A stretch of DNA of 64,000 nt from a bacterium (lineage in GTDB: Bacteria > Patescibacteriota > Minisyncoccia > Phycocordibacterales > Phycocordibacteraceae), in assembly GCA_023269085.1 (NCBI GenBank), contig JAHFML010000003.1, positions 52,863 through 116,862 of the forward strand, given 5' to 3'. The position numbers were made by a program, and so were the translations under genes. Positions 58,933 through 64,000 of this stretch are shown piece by piece (within the stretch, counting starts at the first letter, position 1; the number at the start of each line of letters is the position of its first letter). Below the pieces are notes generated by a model. It was not told the origin of the DNA, ran no database searches, and was given only the letters and a program-made list of their open reading frames with translations.

Positions 58933-59007
58933 GTTGCAAAGCGATTGAGAAGCGGTATAGTGTACCTATCGCAGAGACGCAGGGTCTCTTGCGGTTATGA
59001 GAATATA

Positions 59008-59297
59008 GCGGGGTAGAGGAGAGGTACCTCGGGAGGCTTGAGTTATTCGGGCGTGCGCGCGAGCAATTGCGCGTAAGATCATCTGTCAAATTCGGCGAAC
59101 CCCTCTCGCGAAAACGAAAGGCAACACCGAGCCAAGCTTTGCGAATAATCGCAAGGAAGGTGTAGAGACTAGACGGCAGACATCCTGAGCGTAGTCGAAG
59201 GATGAAGGCATAGTCCAGACCACAAACGAAAGGCAATGAAAATTGTAGTGGTAAGCATAACCTCCAGACCCTGGTTCGATTCCAGGCCCCGCAACAA
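59008..59297 (+). ncRNA. ssrA: Candidate tmRNA-like RNA (tRNA-like T-arm plus acceptor-like 3' end); identity uncertain
   Basis: 3' end ...CCTGG-TTCGATT-CCAGG-CCCCGCA-A mimics T-arm plus acceptor strand; complementary GCGGGG ~285 nt upstream; 410-nt ORF-free interval; followed by a strong terminator; tag ORF not confidently identified. Confidence 0.4.
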
Positions 59298-59306
59298 ACA
59301 AAACAG

Positions 59307-59337
59307 AAAGCCGCCGCAAGGCGGCTTTCTGTTTGCT
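59307..59337. terminator. Bidirectional rho-independent terminator
   Basis: gaaagccgcc gcaa ggcggctttc + tgtttgc. Confidence 0.75.
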
Positions 59338-59344
59338 TCAGAAT

Positions 59345-60616
59345 TCAAAAGAAGGGTGAAGGAGTCGAGAGATCATCGGGCAAGATGGGTGAACGAAATG
59401 CGAGGGAAGGCGCGAGCGCGGTAAGGCGCTTTTCGCAATCATCGGGCTCTTGTCCCGGGATGGGCATCATCTGACGCGGGTCGCCACAGTGTATAAGAGC
59501 GAATTCGGCGAGTCGGGCGATTTCAGTCTTGAATGCGTTCGAGTCAGCATAGCCGCTTGCGGCCTGTAGTTTGGGCTCGAGAGTGGTGAATGGACGCTTT
59601 GGGTCGCCGGTCGCGGCGATGAGACGCGCGACCGCGAGGATGTGCGCCGCTCGCTCCTTCGGGTTGTATCCGAAGATTTCGTTTATATCGGTGAGCACGA
59701 GCCAGTCGAGGATATGATGCGCGGCGTCTTTGAGGCCTTCAGCTATGCGTAAACGTCTGGCAAGGACACTTATTTCCGCGTGGGTGTCGAGAAGAGTGTC
59801 AAGAACTTCTATGGGTTCGATGAGTGTGAGAGAGCCGGAGGCTTTGCCGGAGTGAGCGTTCTCTTCAAGCGATGCGGCTATCTGATTGACGCATTGGCGT
59901 ACCATCTCTTGAAACAGTCGCGAATTCTGATGGCCGTTCTTCATCACGCTCACGAGATGGTTTTCGCCCATCGTGAGCGCGCGCACCACGGGCTGCATGT
60001 CCGCGTAGGTGACCTTCTTGTTGGGGCGAGCTTTGGGCATCTCGACGAGAAGGTAGGTGAGCGCATCACTCGGATCGCGCGTCGGGTCGGTGAATATCGC
60101 GGTGATCGCCTTCAAGTCCTTCTTCGTGCCACCTATGGTGCGCAAAAAATAGAGAAGATTTTCCTCGGCTACTTCGGAGAGAAACTGTAGTCTTTGGTCG
60201 ATAGCCTTCTGTATCCGTTCTTCGTTTTCCGGACTGTTTTCTTCTTCGAGAAGAGCATCGTAATCTATTGGCGGCGCACCGGCGGCAACCTCCTCGCGCA
60301 TCTTCTCGACAGGTGACATGCCGAGATCGTCATGAGGGAAGTGGTTCCATACGCCCGTCATGATCTCGAAGGCATCTATGAAGGTATCCTCGTTTCCAGA
60401 ATGTCGAGCGATGAAGTCAGCGAAAGCAGATTGGAAGTCTTTGAATGGATAGGAGCGTGGTGAGACCATGCCGAGCTTTGTTGCGGCGACGGCCGCTTCG
60501 AATCCGAGCGTGTGCGGGAGTTGAGCGTTCGTAACGAGCGCTTCATAATCACGCTGTATCTCAGCGCGCAACTCTTCTATCGGGCGTTCGAGGTCGGGCT
60601 TGGTGTACGATTTCAT
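59345..60616 (-). CDS. Hypothetical protein (423 aa) co-transcribed with Fic
   Basis: 4-nt overlap with upstream Fic gene; no recognisable domain. Confidence 0.55.
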   Translation of the reverse strand: MKSYTKPDLERPIEELRAEIQRDYEALVTNAQLPHTLGFEAAVAATKLGMVSPRSYPFKDFQSAFADFIARHSGNEDTFIDAFEIMTGVWNHFPHDDLGMSPVEKMREEVAAGAPPIDYDALLEEENSPENEERIQKAIDQRLQFLSEVAEENLLYFLRTIGGTKKDLKAITAIFTDPTRDPSDALTYLLVEMPKARPNKKVTYADMQPVVRALTMGENHLVSVMKNGHQNSRLFQEMVRQCVNQIAASLEENAHSGKASGSLTLIEPIEVLDTLLDTHAEISVLARRLRIAEGLKDAAHHILDWLVLTDINEIFGYNPKERAAHILAVARLIAATGDPKRPFTTLEPKLQAASGYADSNAFKTEIARLAEFALIHCGDPRQMMPIPGQEPDDCEKRLTALAPSLAFRSPILPDDLSTPSPFF

Positions 60617-61680
60617 GGTCGTGTCTTCTTATACCGCGTCGCACGGCCTTGGCCGAGACGCATGATGAGCAAGTGGCTTACGAGACGAAGAAGCGTTTTT
60701 TTGATGGTCGGTACGGCGACAGATCCGTGAAGGCGATTGTGTATCTCGCGGACGGATAGCTCGCTCCCGTCCGCGAAGAGCTCGTAGACGACGATCTGCT
60801 TAGGCGAGAGGAGCATCTCGGGGTGTTTCTCGCCGAGGAGCTTCTCAGCACGCGTCGACTGCGCGAGGAGCGCATCAAGGAAGAACTCGACCCACGGGGT
60901 TACGTCCTCGTCATCGGTCTTGTGACGCTTCTGCGTCTGCCGCAGAGCGAGATAGTAGTCGGTCGTGCGTTCCTCGATAATCTCGTCGAGCGACACGTAG
61001 GGAATGTACGCGTATCCGGCACGCAGGAGGAGCAGGTTTGTGAGCGCGCGCGACAGGCGGCCGTTGCCATCGTGGAATGGGTGGATAGCGAGGAACTCAA
61101 AAATAAAGTTCGCGATCACGAGCAGAGGATGCGTATCAACTTGCGCATCGCGTTCGTTGAACCACGCGACCGCGTCTCCCATTTCCTTTTTCACGAGATA
61201 CGGAGGGGTAGGGCGAAAGAGCACGATCTCTTCACTATCACCGCCACGCATAACGACGACATTGTCGGTCGTCTTGTACGCGCCCTTATGAAGGGCGTCT
61301 TTCTGTGCGAAGTGCAAGAGAATCTCATGGAATTGCAAGGTACGATTCTCGGAGAGTGGCAGATCGGCGAAATGGTCAAATATCCTGCCGAGCAGGTCAG
61401 CATAGCCAGCGACCTCTTCTTCGTCGCGGCCGACCGGCGGTTTCGACTTCAATCCGCGCAGAAGCCGTGCGACTTCGTCATCGCTCAAGTTCGAACCTTC
61501 GATACGCGTCGAGGATCCGGTCGAGGTGATGATGACGGACGTACGCAGACGATCCAAGATTTTCTGGCTCATTTCGGCCGTGCCGCGCCAACGCCCCTTG
61601 AACTCGTCGATGGCCGCGATGCGAGTTACTATATCGTTGGTCAGCTTTATCCTCTTGTTGAATCGATCGTTCATGATCAT
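60613..61680 (-). CDS. Fic-family protein (Fic_N-Fic-wHTH architecture)
   Basis: Canonical active-site motif HPFHDGNGRLSRAL; N-terminal IDEFKGRW Fic_N-like segment; C-terminal wHTH-like region. Confidence 0.85.
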   Translation of the reverse strand: MIMNDRFNKRIKLTNDIVTRIAAIDEFKGRWRGTAEMSQKILDRLRTSVIITSTGSSTRIEGSNLSDDEVARLLRGLKSKPPVGRDEEEVAGYADLLGRIFDHFADLPLSENRTLQFHEILLHFAQKDALHKGAYKTTDNVVVMRGGDSEEIVLFRPTPPYLVKKEMGDAVAWFNERDAQVDTHPLLVIANFIFEFLAIHPFHDGNGRLSRALTNLLLLRAGYAYIPYVSLDEIIEERTTDYYLALRQTQKRHKTDDEDVTPWVEFFLDALLAQSTRAEKLLGEKHPEMLLSPKQIVVYELFADGSELSVREIHNRLHGSVAVPTIKKTLLRLVSHLLIMRLGQGRATRYKKTRP

Positions 61681-61791
61681 ATATAAGCTATATATCCGAT
61701 TATATACGATAGTATCCGATTAGGCAATAGAGCGAGGGAGTGGCGGGGCGAGACTTTTTAGAGACCACGATCTAGGTCGCGGCTTTCGTGT

Positions 61792-62409
61792 GTGTCTAGA
61801 AGAGGTATACTTCCAAATGTGGAAACAGAGATTGAAGCAAAATTTCCCGATATAGATGCCGAAGCGTTACGCGTAACCCTCAAACAAAAAGGGGCGACTC
61901 TCGAACATGCAGAAGTATTAATGCGTCGCAAGAATTACGACTATCCAGATAAGCGGCTTGATAAGATTGGTGGATGGATTCGTGTTCGCGATGAAGGAAA
62001 CAAAGTGACTTTGAGCTACAAACAACTGAATGATCGGACATTGCACGGCACCAAAGAGGTCAGTGTTGTTGTTGATGATTTCGATAAGACTGGTCAATTC
62101 CTTGAAGCAATCGGGATGGAGGCAAAAGCGTACCAAGAAACCAAGCGAGAAAAGTGGAAATATATGGACGTTGAGGTGACTATCGACACGTGGCCATGGG
62201 TGCCGACTTTTGTTGAGCTCGAAGGACCGACTGAAGAAGTGGTGAGAAATGTCGCTGCAAATCTCGGATTCGATTGGAGCAAGGCAATGCACGGAAGCGT
62301 CGAGACTATCTATCAGATGCACTACGACTTCACCGAAGAAGAAATCGATAATTGGGAATCGATCACCTTTATTGCTCCACCCGATTGGTTGTTGGTGAAA
62401 AAGAAGTGA
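61792..62409 (+). CDS. CYTH-domain protein (triphosphate tunnel metalloenzyme)
   Basis: N-terminal ExExK motif (VETEIEAKF); GTG start (alternative GTG at 61819). Confidence 0.65.
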   Translation: MSRRGILPNVETEIEAKFPDIDAEALRVTLKQKGATLEHAEVLMRRKNYDYPDKRLDKIGGWIRVRDEGNKVTLSYKQLNDRTLHGTKEVSVVVDDFDKTGQFLEAIGMEAKAYQETKREKWKYMDVEVTIDTWPWVPTFVELEGPTEEVVRNVAANLGFDWSKAMHGSVETIYQMHYDFTEEEIDNWESITFIAPPDWLLVKKK

Positions 62410-62419
62410 GTATCGACCT

Positions 62420-62938
62420 ATGGAAATCAAATCAACGCTCATCAACCGTTCTGGTCAGACGCTCGCGACTGAGTATCGGGACATCGATTCAGTCGAGGAG
62501 GTTGGTAATAAAAAAGTGCATGGTGTCCATGCCTTTTGCTTCGTGGGCGACAAGCTCGTCGTCGTGTATGCGGCCGCGAAGGGATACTGGACGCCGCCAG
62601 GTGGCGGGGTAGAAGCGGGCGAGACGGTGGAAGAAGCCACTGCTCGTGAGGTACAGGAGGAGACGAACATGCGCGTGCTCAAGCAACGGCCAATAGGCAC
62701 GCTTACCGTTTTCGAACCGGAAGAGACAAAGTTCCAAGTTCGTTCGGTCTGCATCGTCGAACCAATCGGCCCGTTCGTTGCCGACGCTGATCCCGATGAA
62801 GGAGTGACGGAGATCAAACTCATTGACCCTGCCGATATAAAGAAGTATTTCGACTGGGGCGAAATTGGCGATCATATGTTGCGCCGCGCGCTCGAGATCA
62901 AGGGGCAGATGGAGGCCGAGGCGGGACCTATGCTATGA
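62420..62938 (+). CDS. Nudix hydrolase
   Basis: Nudix box GGGVEAGETVEEATAREVQEETNM. Confidence 0.85.
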   Translation: MEIKSTLINRSGQTLATEYRDIDSVEEVGNKKVHGVHAFCFVGDKLVVVYAAAKGYWTPPGGGVEAGETVEEATAREVQEETNMRVLKQRPIGTLTVFEPEETKFQVRSVCIVEPIGPFVADADPDEGVTEIKLIDPADIKKYFDWGEIGDHMLRRALEIKGQMEAEAGPML

Positions 62939-62948
62939 TCACTCGACT

Positions 62949-63848
62949 ATGTGGCAAGTTTTCAGCTTCTTTTCCGTTTTGTCAGGAACGATCGAAGAGA
63001 CGCTCGATAAGGCGACGATGGTCGGCAGTAGAGCAGTCGACATCGTCGGCGCTTCATGGATCCGTAATGCGGCGCTGTTGCTAATTACTTTCTTGGGCGG
63101 ATTGATTCTCGAGACTCATGTGCCGCGACTGGTGTGGTCTATGCCCATTCTCATCCTTGGGACTTTCTATGCGGTGCAGGCATTGTTCTATACCGGTCTC
63201 CTCCGGCATGTCGAGATTACGACGTCGAGCTTGATGGACACCTTCATCCCGCTCATATTTCTCCTCGTCGACATACTTTTCATCGGTACGCCGTTCCTCC
63301 CACGGCAAGTGATCGGCATCATTACGCTGGTCATTGGCGGCGGTCTATTCTTTTGGAAGCGCGAGAATATAACGCGCATGCAAATGCGGCTCATGCTTGC
63401 CGCGTTCTTTTTCGACCTACTCATTTACGGCCTCGAGAGCTATTCTTTCAAGTCGCTATTCGCGACCGGTTCAATCTCGGCACCTGATTTCTTGTGGAGC
63501 ATGTGGGCGGTGATGGTCGCCGTGCTCTCGGTCATGTTCATCGCGGTCTGCGGGTATCAGCGGACATTACCGAGAGTATCGCAGTATGCCGGGTACCTGC
63601 GCGGCTCTCTCAAGGCAAAGACCGCGGACTACATCGGATCATCTCTTTATTTGCAGGCTCTCACGCTCGCGTCGGTCTCTCAAGTGGTGGCGATGAAATC
63701 TATCTATCCGCTCATCCTCATCGGAGTGGCGGGCGTCGCGCAGGGGCATCTCAAGATTAACCTCGACGAGACGCTCGGCCGCAAGACATTGTTCAAAAAA
63801 GTTCTCGCTTCAGGCATCATCTGCGTGGGTGTGTATCTTATTCATTAG
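62949..63848 (+). CDS. DMT/EamA-like polytopic membrane transporter
   Basis: ~10 TM helices in two halves. Confidence 0.55.
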   Translation: MWQVFSFFSVLSGTIEETLDKATMVGSRAVDIVGASWIRNAALLLITFLGGLILETHVPRLVWSMPILILGTFYAVQALFYTGLLRHVEITTSSLMDTFIPLIFLLVDILFIGTPFLPRQVIGIITLVIGGGLFFWKRENITRMQMRLMLAAFFFDLLIYGLESYSFKSLFATGSISAPDFLWSMWAVMVAVLSVMFIAVCGYQRTLPRVSQYAGYLRGSLKAKTADYIGSSLYLQALTLASVSQVVAMKSIYPLILIGVAGVAQGHLKINLDETLGRKTLFKKVLASGIICVGVYLIH

Positions 63849-63876
63849 CCGAATCGAGAACTGCTATACTCACTGC

Positions 63877-64000
63877 ATGAATATGCCACTCTACGAATCG
63901 CGGCCGATAACGGCAGGAGAGCGCAAGGCGGCGCTCGAGACGCTGGTTGCACAGACCGCGCCGAGCCGCGAATATTATCTGCTCGTCGTCGGCGCCATCG
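63877..64000 (+). CDS. Hypothetical protein, 3' end beyond window
   Basis: ORF MNMPLYESRPITAGERKAALETLVAQT... runs off the window end. Confidence 0.3.
   Translation, partial: MNMPLYESRPITAGERKAALETLVAQTAPSREYYLLVVGAI

Noticed and set aside
59205-59297. Canonical tRNA gene at the T-arm-like sequence GGTTCGATTCC
   Set aside because: No 5' acceptor strand complementary to CCCCGCA within ~90 nt, and no room for an anticodon arm between the D-like and T segments; more consistent with a tmRNA-like tRNA-like domain.

Overview
This 64-kb window has ~60% GC and dense, compact gene organisation. It resembles a streamlined bacterium of the Patescibacteria/CPR type, but that placement is inferred, not proven. 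Supporting signs: rpsE sits directly next to rplO with no rpmD (L30); a type IV pilus/competence-like locus lacks pilM; and there are many type II toxin-antitoxin pairs and DUF-type genes. Core content: a broken ribosomal cluster (rpsN-rpsH-rplF-rplR-rpsE-rplO-secY-adk-map at 1.1-6.4 kb, and tuf-rpsJ-[inserted gene]-rplC-rplD-rplW-rplB at 35-40 kb); infC-rpmI-rplT; groES/groEL; ndk, ligA, gatCA, two beta-CASP/RNase J-type nucleases, nth and a MutY-like glycosylase; a ~10-kb type IV pilus locus (pilN/O-like, pilB, REC, pilT, pilC, two pilins, pilD, four pseudopilins); and an ECF sigma/anti-sigma pair. Accessory content: MazF, two HepT/MNT pairs, a HicB/HicA pair plus a degenerate hicB locus, a Fic operon, an IS30 element, and a secreted PLD nuclease. 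The main discovery is two paralogous diversity-generating retroelements (DGRs): target gene with C-terminal VR, a TR copy differing almost only at adenines, an Avd homologue on the opposite strand, and a DGR-type RT. Each DGR carries a poly-G tract in the divergent avd/RT intergenic region, and each target has a conserved leader hairpin. Second, three families of small palindromic elements sit IN-FRAME inside essential genes (beta-CASP RNase, gatC, ligA, MutY-like), reminiscent of Rickettsia RPEs. Also notable: a tmRNA-like ncRNA followed by a Fic-containing island, a TA cassette flanked by 52-bp direct repeats, homopolymeric G13 and G-quadruplex-like motifs upstream of a Gly/Asn-repeat surface protein, and an ORF inserted between rpsJ and rplC. 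All calls are from sequence inspection only; no database searches were run.
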